A stretch of 64,000 nucleotides of DNA from Lingula anatina (taxonomy: Eukaryota > Animalia > Brachiopoda). Position numbers and translations under genes: made by a program. Shown here piece by piece: positions 1 to 14,167 of the stretch (its first letter is position 1; each line of letters starts with the position of its first letter). The notes below the pieces were generated by a model. That model was not told where the DNA came from. It searched no databases and worked only from the letters and a program-made list of their open reading frames with translations. Location of the stretch: assembly GCA_051362555.1 (NCBI GenBank), contig CM120640.1:24476225-24540224 (forward strand), read 5' to 3'.

Positions 1-3000
1 CCCATCACCTCAATAAAATAAAATTTACTCACCTTAGCTTGGATCCAAGAGTGACATCCATATCAGGGTGAGGTCGCTCAGCATCTTCTTTGTACTGTAA
101 AAAGAAATGAAAAACAACATTAGATTTTTTCAATTTACCCATGTCACCATCCCCCCCCCAAAAATTTACTAACCTTAGCTTGGATCCAAGAGTGACATCC
201 ATATCAGGGTGAGGTCGCTCAGCATCTTCTTTGTACTGAAAAAAGAAATGAAAAACAAGATTAGATTTTTTCAATATACCCATCCCACCACCTCCAAAAA
301 ATAAAATTTACTCACCTTAGCTTGGATACAAGAGTGAAGTCCATGTCCGAGTGGGGTCGCTCATCATCTCCTTTGTCCTGTAAAAAGAAATGAAAAACAA
401 CATTAGTTTTTTCAATTTACCCATGTCCCATCCCAAAAAAATAAAATTTACTAACCTTAGCTTGGATCCAAGAGTGAAGTCCATGTCCGGGTGGGGTCAC
501 TCATCATCTTCTTTGTCCTGTAAAAAGAAATGAAAAACAAGATTAGATTTTTTCAATTTACCCATTCCACCACCCCCAAAAAATAAAATTTACTCACCTT
601 AGTTAGATCCAAGAGTGAAGTCCATGTCCGGGTGGGGTCGCTCATCATCTTCTTTGTCCTGTAAAAAGAAATGAAAAACAAGATTAGATTTTTTCAATAT
701 ACCCATCCTACCACCGCCAAAAAAAAAATTTACTCACATTAACTTGGATCCAAGAGTGAAGTCCATGTGCGGGTGGGGTCGCTCATCATCTTCTTTGTCC
801 TGAAAAAAGAAATGAAAAACAAGATTAGATTTTTTCAATATACCCATCCCACCACCTCCAAAAAATAAAATTTACTCACCTTAGCTTGGATCAAAGAGTG
901 ACATCCATGTCCGGGTGGGGTTGCTCAGCATCTTCTTTGTACTGTAAAAAGATATAAAAAACAAGATTAGATTTTTTCATTTTACCCATGTCACCATCCC
1001 AAAAAAATAAAATTTACTAACCTTAGCTTGGATCCAAGAGTGAAGTCCATGTCCGGGTGGGGTCACTCATCATCTTCTTTGTCCTGTAAAAAGAAATGAA
1101 AAACAACATTAGTTTTTTCAATTTACCCATTCCACCACCCCCAAAAAATAAAATTTACTCACCTCAGTTAGATCCAAGAGTGAAGTCCATGTCCGGGTGG
1201 GGTCGCTCATCATCTTCTTTGTCCTGTAAAAAGAAATGAAAAACAAGATTAGATTTTTTCAATTTACCCATAACATCAACCCCCAAAAATAAAATTTACT
1301 AACCTTAGCTTGGATCCAAGAGTGAAGTCCATGTCCGGGTGGGGTCGCTCATCATCTTCTTTGTCCTGTAAAAAGAAATGAAAAACAAGATTAGATTTTT
1401 TCAATTTACCCATCCCATCACCTCAATAAAATAAAATTTACTCACCTTAGCTTGGATCCAAGAGTGACATCCATATCAGGGTGAGGTCGCTCAGCATCTT
1501 CTTTGTACTGTAAAAAGAAATGAAAAACAACATTAGATTTTTTCAATTTACCCATGTCACCATCCCCCCCCCAAAAATTTACTAACCTTAGCTTGGATCC
1601 AAGAGTGACATCCATATCAGGGTGAGGTCGCTCAGCATCTTCTTTGTACTGAAAAAAGAAATGAAAAACAAGATTAGATTTTTTCAATATACCCATCCCA
1701 CCACCTCCAAAAAATAAAATTTACTCACCTTAGCTTGGATACAAGAGTGAAGTCCATGTCCGAGTGGGGTCGCTCATCATCTCCTTTGTCCTGTAAAAAG
1801 AAATGAAAAACAACATTAGTTTTTTCAATTTACCCATGTCCCATCCCAAAAAAATAAAATTTACTAACCTTAGCTTGGATCCAAGAGTGAAGTCCATGTC
1901 CGGGTGGGGTCACTCATCATCTTCTTTGTCCTGTAAAAAGAAATGAAAAACAAGATTAGATTTTTTCAATTTACCCATTCCACCACCCCCAAAAAATAAA
2001 ATTTACTCACCTTAGTTAGATCCAAGAGTGAAGTCCATGTCCGGGTGGGGTCGCTCATCATCTTCTTTGTCCTGTAAAAAGAAATGAAAAACAAGATTAG
2101 ATTTTTTCAATATACCCATCCTACCACCGCCAAAAAAAAAATTTACTCACATTAACTTGGATCCAAGAGTGAAGTCCATGTGCGGGTGGGGTCGCTCATC
2201 ATCTTCTTTGTCCTGAAAAAAGAAATGAAAAACAAGATTAGATTTTTTCAATATACCCATCCCACCACCTCCAAAAAATAAAATTTACTCACCTTAGCTT
2301 GGATCAAAGAGTGACATCCATGTCCGGGTGGGGTTGCTCAGCATCTTCTTTGTACTGTAAAAAGATATAAAAAACAAGATTAGATTTTTTCATTTTACCC
2401 ATGTCACCATCCCAAAAAAATAAAATTTACTAACCTTAGCTTGGATCCAAGAGTGAAGTCCATGTCCGGGTGGGGTCACTCATCATCTTCTTTGTCCTGT
2501 AAAAAGAAATGAAAAACAACATTAGTTTTTTCAATTTACCCATTCCACCACCCCCAAAAAATAAAATTTACTCACCTCAGTTAGATCCAAGAGTGAAGTC
2601 CATGTCCGGGTGGGGTCGCTCATCATCTTCTTTGTCCTGTAAAAAGAAATGAAAAACAAGATTAGTTTTTTCAATTTTCCCATCCCACCACCTCCAAAAA
2701 ATAAAATTTACTCACCTTAGCTTGGATCCAAGAGTGAAGTCCATGTCCGGTTAGGGTCGCTCATCATCTTCTTTGTACTGTAAAAAGAAATGAAAAACAA
2801 GATTAGATTTTTTCAATATACCCATCCCACCACCGCCAAAAAATAAAATTTACTCACATTAACTTGGATCCAAGAGTGAAGTCCATGTGCATGTGGGGTC
2901 GCTCATCATCTTCTTTGTACTGTAAAAAGAAATGAAAAACAAGATTAGATTTTTTTATTTTCCCATTCCACCCCCCCCACCCCCCCCCAAAAAATAAAAT

Positions 3001-6000
3001 TTCACTCACCTTAGTTAGATCCAAGAGTGAAATCCATATGTGGGTGGGGTCGCTCATCATCTTCTTTGTCCTGTAAAAAGAAATGAAAAACAAGATTAGA
3101 TTTTTTCAATTTACCCATAACATCAACCCCCAAAAATAAAATTTACTAACCTTAGCTTGGATCCAGGAGTGAAGTCCATGTCCGGGTGGGGTCGCTCATC
3201 ATCTTCTTTGTCCTGTAAAAAGAAATGAAAAACAAGATTAGATTTTTTCAATTTACCCATAACATCAACCCCCAAAAATAAAATTTACTAACCTTAGCTT
3301 GGATCCAAGAGTGACTTCGATGTATAGGTGGGGTCGCTCATCATCTTCTTTGTCCTGTAAAAAGAAATGAAAAACAAGATTAGATTTTTTCAATTTACCC
3401 TTAACATCAACCCCCAAAAATAAAATTTACTAACCTTAGCTTGGATCCAAGAGTGAAGTCCATGTCCGGGTGGGGTCGCTCATCATCTTCTTTGTCCTGT
3501 AAAAAGAAATGAAAAACAAGATTAGATTTTTTCAATTTACCCATCCCATCACCTCAATAAAATAAAATTTACTCACCTTAGCTTGGATCCAAGAGTGACA
3601 TCCATATCAGGGTGAGGTCGCTCAGCATCTTCTTTGTACTGAAAAAAGAAATGAAAAACAAGATTAGATTTTTTCAATATACCCATCCCACCACCTCCAA
3701 AAAATAAAATTTACTCACCTTAGCTTGGATACAAGAGTGAAGTCCATGTCCGAGTGGGGTCGCTCATCATCTCCTTTGTCCTGTAAAAAGAAATGAAAAA
3801 CAACATTAGTTTTTTCAATTTACCCATGTCCCATCCCAAAAAAATAAAATTTACTAACCTTAGCTTGGATCCAAGAGTGAAGTCCATGTCCGGGTGGGGT
3901 CACTCATCATCTTCTTTGTCCTGTAAAAAGAAATGAAAAACAAGATTAGATTTTTTCAATTTACCCATTCCACCACCCCCAAAAAATAAAATTTACTCAC
4001 CTTAGTTAGATCCAAGAGTGAAGTCCATGTCCGGGTGGGGTCGCTCATCATCTTCTTTGTCCTGTAAAAAGAAATGAAAAACAAGATTAGATTTTTTCAA
4101 TATACCCATCCTACCACCGCCAAAAAAAAAAAATTTACTCACATTAACTTGGATCCAAGAGTGAAGTCCATGTGCGGGTGGGGTCGCTCATCATCTTCTT
4201 TGTCCTGAAAAAAGAAATGAAAAACAAGATTAGATTTTTTCAATATACCCATCCCACCACCTCCAAAAAATAAAATTTACTCACCTTAGCTTGGATCAAA
4301 GAGTGACATCCATGTCCGGGTGGGGTTGCTCAGCATCTTCTTTGTACTGTAAAAAGAAATAAAAAACAAGATTAGATTTTTTCATTTTACCCATGTCACC
4401 ATCCCAAAAAAATAAAATTTACTAACCTTAGCTTGGATCCAAGAGTGAAGTCCATGTCCGGGTGGGGTCACTCATCATCTTCTTTGTCCTGTAAAAAGAA
4501 ATGAAAAACAACATTAGTTTTTTCAATTTACCCATTCCACCACCCCCAAAAAATAAAATTTACTCACCTTAGTTAGATCCAAGAGTGAAGTCCATGTCCG
4601 GTTAGGGTCGCTCATCATCTTCTTTGTACTGTAAAAAGAAATGAAAATCATGATTAGTTATTTTTTCAATTTACCCATCCCATACAACCAAAAAATAAAA
4701 TTTACTAACCTTATCTTGGATCCAAGAGTGAAGTCCATGTCTGGGTGGGGTCGCTCATCATCTTCTTTGTCCTGTAAAAAGAAATGAAAAACAAGATTAG
4801 TTTTTTCAATTTTCCCATCCCACCACCTCCAAAAAATAAAATTTACTCACCTTAGCTTGGATCCAAGAGTGAAGTCCATGTCCGGTTAGGGTCGCTCATC
4901 ATCTTCTTTGTACTGTAAAAAGAAATGAAAAACAAGATTAGATTTTTTCAATATACCCATCCCACCACCGCCAAAAAATAAAATTTACTCACATTAACTT
5001 GGATCCAAGAGTGAAGTCCATGTGCGGGTGGGGTCGCTCATCATCTTCTTTGTCCTGAAAAAAGAAATGAAAAACAAGATTAGATTTTTTCAATATACCC
5101 ATCCCACCAAAATTTACTCACCTTAGCTTGGATCAAAGAGTGACATCCATGTCCGGGTGGGGTTGCTCAGCATCTTCTTTGTACTGTAAAAAGAAATAAA
5201 AAACAAGATTAGATTTTTTCATTTTACCCATGTCACCATCCCAAAAAAATAAAATTTACTAACCTTAGCTTGGATTCAAGAGTGAGGTCCATGTATGGGT
5301 GGGATCGCTCATCATCTTCTTTGTCCTGTAAAAAGAAATGAAAATCATGATTAGTTTTTTTTTCAATTTACCCATCCCACCACCTCCAAAAAATAAAATT
5401 TACTCACCTTAGCTTGGATCCAAGAGTGACATCCATGTTCGGGTGGGGTTGCTCAGCATCTTCTTTGTACTGTAAAAAGAAATAAAAAACAAGATTAGAT
5501 TTTTTCATTTTACCCATGTCACCATCCCAAAAAAATAAAATTTACTAACCTTAGCTTGGATCCAAGAGTGAAGTCCATGTCCGGGTGGGGTCACTCATCA
5601 TCTTCTTTGTCCTGTAAAAAGAAATGAAAAACAACATTAGTTTTTTCAATTTACCCATTCCACCACCCCCAAAAAATAAAATTTACTCACCTCAGTTAGA
5701 TCCAAGAGTGAAGTCCATGTCCGGGTGGGGTCGCTCATCATCTTCTTTGTCCTGTAAAAAGAAATGAAAAACAAGATTAGTTTTTTCAATTTTCCCATCC
5801 CACCACCTCCAAAAAATAAAATTTACTCACCTTAGCTTGGATCCAAGAGTGAAGTCCATGTCCGGTTAGGGTCGCTCATCATCTTCTTTGTACTGTAAAA
5901 AGAAATGAAAAACAAGATTAGATTTTTTCAATATACCCATCCCACCACCGCCAAAAAATAAAATTTACTCACATTAACTTGGATCCAAGAGTGAAGTCCA

Positions 6001-9000
6001 TGTGCATGTGGGGTCGCTCATCATCTTCTTTGTACTGTAAAAAGAAATGAAAAACAAGATTAGATTTTTTTATTTTCCCATTCCACCCCCCCACCCCCCC
6101 CCAAAAAATAAAATTTCACTCACCTTAGTTAGATCCAAGAGTGAAATCCATATGTGGGTGGGGTCGCTCATCATCTTCTTTGTCCTGTAAAAAGAAATGA
6201 AAAACAAGATTAGATTTTTTCAATTTACCCATAACATCAACCCCCAAAAATAAAATTTACTCACATTAACTTGGATCCAAGAGTGAAGTCCATGTGCATG
6301 TGGGGTCGCTCATCATCTTCTTTGTCCTGTAAAAAGAAATGAAAAACAAGATTAGATTTTTTCAATTTACCCATATCATCAACCCCCAAAAATAAAATTT
6401 ACTAACCTTAGCTTGGATCCAAGAGTGACTTCGATGTATAGGTGGGGTCGCTCATCATCTTCTTTGTCCTGTAAAAAGAAATGAAAAACAAGATTAGATT
6501 TTTTCAATTTACCCTTAACATCAACCCCCAAAAATAAAATTTACTAACCTTAGCTTGGATCCAAGAGTGAAGTCCATGTCCGGGTGGGGTCGCTCATCAT
6601 CTTCTTTGTCCTGTAAAAAGAAATGAAAAACAAGATTAGATTTTTTCAATTTACCCATCCCATCACCTCAATAAAATAAAATTTACTCACCTTAGCTTGG
6701 ATCCAAGAGTGACATCCATATCAGGGTGAGGTCGCTCAGCATCTTCTTTGTACTGTAAAAAGAAATGAAAAACAACATTAGATTTTTTCAATTTACCCAT
6801 GTCACCATCCCCCCCCAAAAAATTTACTAACCTTAGCTTGGATCCAAGAGTGACATCCATATCAGGGTGAGGTCGCTCAGCATCTTCTTTGTACTGAAAA
6901 AAGAAATGAAAAACAAGATTAGATTTTTTCAATATACCCATCCCACCACCTCCAAAAAATAAAATTTACTCACCTTAGCTTGGATACAAGAGTGAAGTCC
7001 ATGTCCGAGTGGGGTCGCTCATCATCTCCTTTGTCCTGTAAAAAGAAATGAAAAACAACATTAGTTTTTTCAATTTACCCATGTCCCATCCCAAAAAAAT
7101 AAAATTTACTAACCTTAGCTTGGATCCAAGAGTGAAGTCCATGTCCGGGTGGGGTCACTCATCATCTTCTTTGTCCTGTAAAAAGAAATGAAAAACAAGA
7201 TTAGTTTTTTCAATTTTCCCATCCCACCACCTCCAAAAAATAAAATTTACTCACCTTAGCTTGGATCCAAGAGTGAAGTCCATGTCCGGTTAGGGTCGCT
7301 CATCATCTTCTTTGTACTGTAAAAAGAAATGAAAAACAAGATTAGATTTTTTCAATATACCCATCCCACCACCGCCAAAAAATAAAATTTACTCACATTA
7401 ACTTGGATCCAAGAGTGAAGTCCATGTGCATGTGGGGTCGCTCATCATCTTCTTTGTACTGTAAAAAGAAATGAAAAACAAGATTAGATTTTTTTATTTT
7501 CCCATTCCACCCCCCCACCCCCCCCCAAAAAATAAAATTTCACTCACCTTAGTTAGATCCAAGAGTGAAATCCATATGTGGGTGGGGTCGCTCATCATCT
7601 TCTTTGTCCTGTAAAAAGAAATGAAAAACAAGATTAGATTTTTTCAATTTACCCATAACATCAACCCCCAAAAATAAAATTTACTAACCTTAGCTTGGAT
7701 CCAGGAGTGAAGTCCATGTCCGGGTGGGGTCGCTCATCATCTTCTTTGTCCTGTAAAAAGAAATGAAAAACAAGATTAGATTTTTTCAATTTACCCATAA
7801 CATCAACCCCCAAAAATAAAATTTACTAACCTTAGCTTGGATCCAAGAGTGACTTCGATGTATAGGTGGGGTCGCTCATCATCTTCTTTGTCCTGTAAAA
7901 AGAAATGAAAAACAAGATTAGATTTTTTCAATTTACCCTTAACATCAACCCCCAAAAATAAAATTTACTAACCTTAGCTTGGATCCAAGAGTGAAGTCCA
8001 TGTCCGGGTGGGGTCGCTCATCATCTTCTTTGTCCTGTAAAAAGAAATGAAAAACAAGATTAGATTTTTTCAATTTACCCATCCCATCACCTCAATAAAA
8101 TAAAATTTACTCACCTTAGCTTGGATCCAAGAGTGACATCCATATCAGGGTGAGGTCGCTCAGCATCTTCTTTGTACTGTAAAAAGAAATGAAAAACAAC
8201 ATTAGATTTTTTCAATTTACCCATGTCACCATCCCCCCCCAAAAAATTTACTAACCTTAGCTTGGATCCAAGAGTGACATCCATATCAGGGTGAGGTCGC
8301 TCAGCATCTTCTTTGTACTGAAAAAAGAAATGAAAAACAAGATTAGATTTTTTCAATATACCCATCCCACCACCTCCAAAAAATAAAATTTACTCACCTT
8401 AGCTTGGATACAAGAGTGAAGTCCATGTCCGAGTGGGGTCGCTCATCATCTCCTTTGTCCTGTAAAAAGAAATGAAAAACAACATTAGTTTTTTCAATTT
8501 ACCCATGTCCCATCCCAAAAAAATAAAATTTACTAACCTTAGCTTGGATCCAAGAGTGAAGTCCATGTCCGGGTGGGGTCACTCATCATCTTCTTTGTCC
8601 TGTAAAAAGAAATGAAAAACAAGATTAGATTTTTTCAATTTACCCATTCCACCACCCCCAAAAAATAAAATTTACTCACCTTAGTTAGATCCAAGAGTGA
8701 AGTCCATGTCCGGGTGGGGTCGCTCATCATCTTCTTTGTCCTGTAAAAAGAAATGAAAAACAAGATTAGATTTTTTCAATATACCCATCCTACCACCGCC
8801 AAAAAAAAAAAATTTACTCACATTAACTTGGATCCAAGAGTGAAGTCCATGTGCGGGTGGGGTCGCTCATCATCTTCTTTGTCCTGAAAAAAGAAATGAA
8901 AAACAAGATTAGATTTTTTCAATATACCCATCCCACCACCTCCAAAAAATAAAATTTACTCACCTTAGCTTGGATCAAAGAGTGACATCCATGTCCGGGT

Positions 9001-12000
9001 GGGGTTGCTCAGCATCTTCTTTGTACTGTAAAAAGAAATAAAAAACAAGATTAGATTTTTTCATTTTACCCATGTCACCATCCCAAAAAAATAAAATTTA
9101 CTAACCTTAGCTTGGATCCAAGAGTGAAGTCCATGTCCGGTTAGGGTCGCTCATCATCTTCTTTGTACTGTAAAAAGAAATGAAAATCATGATTAGTTAT
9201 TTTTTCAATTTACCCATCCCATACAACCAAAAAATAAAATTTACTAACCTTATCTTGGATCCAAGAGTGAAGTCCATGTCTGGGTGGGGTCGCTCATCAT
9301 CTTCTTTGTCCTGTAAAAAGAAATGAAAAACAAGATTAGTTTTTTCAATTTTCCCATCCCACCACCTCCAAAAAATAAAATTTACTCACCTTAGCTTGGA
9401 TCCAAGAGTGAAGTCCATGTCCGGTTAGGGTCGCTCATCATCTTCTTTGTACTGTAAAAAGAAATGAAAAACAAGATTAGATTTTTTCAATATACCCATC
9501 CCACCACCGCCAAAAAATAAAATTTACTCACATTAACTTGGATCCAAGAGTGAAGTCCATGTGCGGGTGGGGTCGCTCATCATCTTCTTTGTCCTGAAAA
9601 AAGAAATGAAAAACAAGATTAGATTTTTTCAATATACCCATCCCACCAAAATTTACTCACCTTAGCTTGGATCAAAGAGTGACATCCATGTCCGGGTGGG
9701 GTTGCTCAGCATCTTCTTTGTACTGTAAAAAGAAATAAAAAACAAGATTAGATTTTTTCATTTTACCCATGTCACCATCCCAAAAAAATAAAATTTACTA
9801 ACCTTAGCTTGGATTCAAGAGTGAGGTCCATGTATGGGTGGGATCGCTCATCATCTTCTTTGTCCTGTAAAAAGAAATGAAAATCATGATTAGTTTTTTT
9901 TTCAATTTACCCATCCCACCACCTCCAAAAAATAAAATTTACTCACCTTAGCTTGGATCCAAGAGTGACATCCATGTTCGGGTGGGGTTGCTCAGCATCT
10001 TCTTTGTACTGTAAAAAGAAATAAAAAACAAGATTAGATTTTTTCATTTTACCCATGTCACCATCCCAAAAAAATAAAATTTACTACCCTTAGCTTGGAT
10101 CCAAGAGTGAGGTCCATGTCAGGGTGGGGTCACTCATCATCTTCTTTGTCCTGTAAAAAGAAATGAAAAACAAGATTAGATTTTTTCAATTTACCCATCC
10201 CATCACCTCCAAAAAATAAAATTAACTCACCTCAGCTTGGATCCAAGAGTGACATCCATGTCCAGGTGAGGTCGCTCATCATCTTCTTTGTCCTGTAAAA
10301 AGAAATGAAAAACAAGATTAGATTTTTTCAATTTACCCATCCCACCACCCAAAAGAAATAAAATTTACTAACCTTAGCTTGGATCCAAGAGTGAAGTCCA
10401 TGTCCGGTTAGGGTCGCTCATCATCTTCTTTGTCCTGTAAAAAGAAATGAAAAACAAGATTAGATTTTTTCAATTTTCCCATCCCACCACCTCCAAAAAA
10501 TAAAATTTACTCACCTTAGCTTGGATCCAAGAGTGAAGTCCATGTCCGGGTGGGGTTGCTCAGCATCTTCTTTGTACTGTAAAAAGAAATAAAAAACAAG
10601 ATTAGATTTTTTCATTTTACCCATGTCACCATTCCAAAAAAATAAAATTTACTAACCTTATCTTGGATCCAAGAGTGAGGTCCATGTCTGGGTGGGATCT
10701 TCTTTGTCCTGTAAAAAGAAATGAAAATCATGATTAGTTTTTTTTTCAATTTACCCATCCCACCACCTCCAAAAAATTAAATTTACTCACCTTAGCTTGG
10801 ATCCAAGAGTGACATCCATGTTCGGGTGGGGTTGCTCAGCATCTTCTTTATACTGTAAAAAGAAATAAAAAACAAGATTAGATTTTTTCATTTTACCCAT
10901 GTCACCATCCCAAAAAAATAAAATTTACTAACCTTAGCTTGGATCCAAGAGTGAGGTCTATGTCCGGGTGGGGTCGCTCATCATCTTCTTTGTCCTGTTA
11001 AAAGAAATGAAAATCATGATTAGTTATTTTTTCAATTTACCCATCCCATACAACCAAAAAATAAAATTTACTAACCTTATCTTGGATCCAAGAGTGAAGT
11101 CCATGTCTGGGTGGGGTCGCTCATCATCTTCTTTGTCCTGTAAAGAGAAATGAAAAACAATATTAGATTTTTTCAATATACCCATCCCACCACCTCCAAA
11201 AAATAAAATTTACTAACCTTAGCTTAGATCCAAGAGTGAGGTCCATGTCTGGGTGGGATTGCTCATCCTGTTAAAAGAAATGAAAATCATGATTAGTTAT
11301 TTTTTCAATTTACCCATCCCATACAACCAAAAAATAAAATTTACTAACCTTATCTTGGATCCAAGAGTGAAGTCCATGTCTGGGTGGGGTCGCTCATCAT
11401 CTTCTTTGTCCTGTAAAGAGAAATGAAAAACAATATTAGATTTTTTCAATATACCCATCCCATCACCTCCAAAAAATAAAATTTACTCACCTTAGCTTGG
11501 ATCCAAGAGTGACTTTATTGTCCAGGTGGGGTCGCTCATCATCTTCCTTGCCCTTTAAAAAGAAATGAAAAACAAGATTAGATTTTTTCAATTTACCCAT
11601 CCCACCACCCAAAAAGAATAAAATTAACTAACCTTAGCTTGGATCCAAGAGTGAGGTCCATGTCAGGGTGGGGTCACTCATCATCTTCTTTGTCCTGTAA
11701 AAAGAAATGAAAAACAAGATTAGATTTTTTCAATTTACCCATCCCATCACCTCCAAAAAATAAAATTAACTCACCTCAGCTTGGATCCAAGAGTGACATC
11801 CATGTCCAGGTGAGGTCGCTCATCATCTTCTTTGTCCTGTAAAAAGAAATGAAAAACAAGATTAGATTTTTTCAATTTACCCATCCCACCACCCAAAAGA
11901 AATAAAATTTACTAACCTTAGCTTGGATCCAAGAGTGAAGTCCATGTCCGGTTAGGGTCGCTCATCATCTTCTTTGTCCTGTAAAAAGAAATGAAAAACA

Positions 12001-14136
12001 AGATTAGATTTTTTCAATTTTCCCATCCCACCACCTCCAAAAAATAAAATTTACTCACCTTAGCTTGGATCCAAGAGTGAAGTCCATGTCCGGGTGGGGT
12101 TGCTCAGCATCTTCTTTGTACTGTAAAAAGAAATAAAAAACAAGATTAGATTTTTTCATTTTACCCATGTCACCATTCCAAAAAAATAAAATTTACTAAC
12201 CTTATCTTGGATCCAAGAGTGAGGTCCATGTCTGGGTGGGATCTTCTTTGTCCTGTAAAAAGAAATGAAAATCATGATTAGTTTTTTTTTCAATTTACCC
12301 ATCCCACCACCTCCAAAAAATTAAATTTACTCACCTTAGCTTGGATCCAAGAGTGACATCCATGTTCGGGTGGGGTTGCTCAGCATCTTCTTTATACTGT
12401 AAAAAGAAATAAAAAACAAGATTAGATTTTTTCATTTTACCCATGTCACCATCCCAAAAAAATAAAATTTACTAACCTTAGCTTGGATCCAAGAGTGAGG
12501 TCTATGTCCGGGTGGGGTCGCTCATCATCTTCTTTGTCCTGTTAAAAGAAATGAAAATCATGATTAGTTATTTTTTCAATTTACCCATCCCATACAACCA
12601 AAAAATAAAATTTACTAACCTTATCTTGGATCCAAGAGTGAAGTCCATGTCTGGGTGGGGTCGCTCATCATCTTCTTTGTCCTGTAAAGAGAAATGAAAA
12701 ACAATATTAGATTTTTTCAATATACCCATCCCACCACCTCCAAAAAATAAAATTTACTAACCTTAGCTTAGATCCAAGAGTGAGGTCCATGTCTGGGTGG
12801 GATTGCTCATCCTGTTAAAAGAAATGAAAATCATGATTAGTTATTTTTTCAATTTACCCATCCCATACAACCAAAAAATAAAATTTACTAACCTTATCTT
12901 GGATCCAAGAGTGAAGTCCATGTCTGGGTGGGGTCGCTCATCATCTTCTTTGTCCTGTAAAGAGAAATGAAAAACAATATTAGATTTTTTCAATATACCC
13001 ATCCCATCACCTCCAAAAAATAAAATTTACTCACCTTAGCTTGGATCCAAGAGTGACTTTATTGTCCAGGTGGGGTCGCTCATCATCTTCCTTGCCCTTT
13101 AAAAAGAAATGAAAAACAAGATTAGATTTTTTCAATTTACCCATCCCACCACCCAAAAAGAATAAAATTAACTAACCTTAGCTTGGATCCAAGAGTGAAG
13201 CCCATGTCCGGGTGGGGTCGCTCATCATCTTCTTTGTCCTGTAAAAAGAAATGAAAAACAAGATTAGATTTTTTCAATTTATCCATAACATTAACCCCCA
13301 AAAATAAAATTTACTAACCTTAGCCTGGATCCAAGACTGACTTCGATGTTTGGGTGGGGTCACTCATCATCTTCTTTGTCCTGTAAAAAGAAATGAAAAA
13401 CAAAATTAGATTTTTTCAATATACCCATCCCACCAACGCCAAAAAATAAAATTTACTAACCTTAGCTTGGATCCAAGAGCGAAGTCCATGTCCGGGTGGG
13501 GTCGCTCATCATCTTCTTTGTCCTGTAAAAAGAAATAAAAAACAAGATTAAATTTTTTCAATATACCCATCCCACCAACGCCAAAAAATAAAATTTACTA
13601 ACCTTAGCTTGGATCCAAGAGCGAAGTCCATGTCCGGGTGGGGTCGCTCATCATCTTCTTTGTCCTGTAAAAAGAAATGAAAAACGAGATTAAATTTTTT
13701 CAATATACCCATCCCACCACCTCCAAAAAATAAAATTTACTCACCTTACCCTGGAGCCAAGAGTGAAGTCCAAGTCCGGTTGGGGTCGCTCATCATCTTC
13801 TTTGTCCTGTAAAAAAAAATGAAAAACAAGTTTAGATTTTATTTTCCCGTTCAACCACCCCCAAAAAATAAAATTTACTCACCTTAGCTTGGTTCCAAAT
13901 GTGAAGTCCATGTCCAGGTGGTGTCGCTCATCATCTTCCTGTAAAAAGAAATAAAAAACAAGATTAGATTTCTTTAATTTACCCATATCACCATTCCATA
14001 AAAATAAAATTTACTAACCTTAGCTTGGTTCGAAGAGTGAAGTCCATGTCTGGGTGGGGTCCCTAATCATCTTTTTTTGTCCTGTAAAAAGAAAAAAAAA
14101 ATATTAGATTTTTTTGCAATTTACCCATCTTAACCC

Positions 14137-14167
<31 letters not shown>

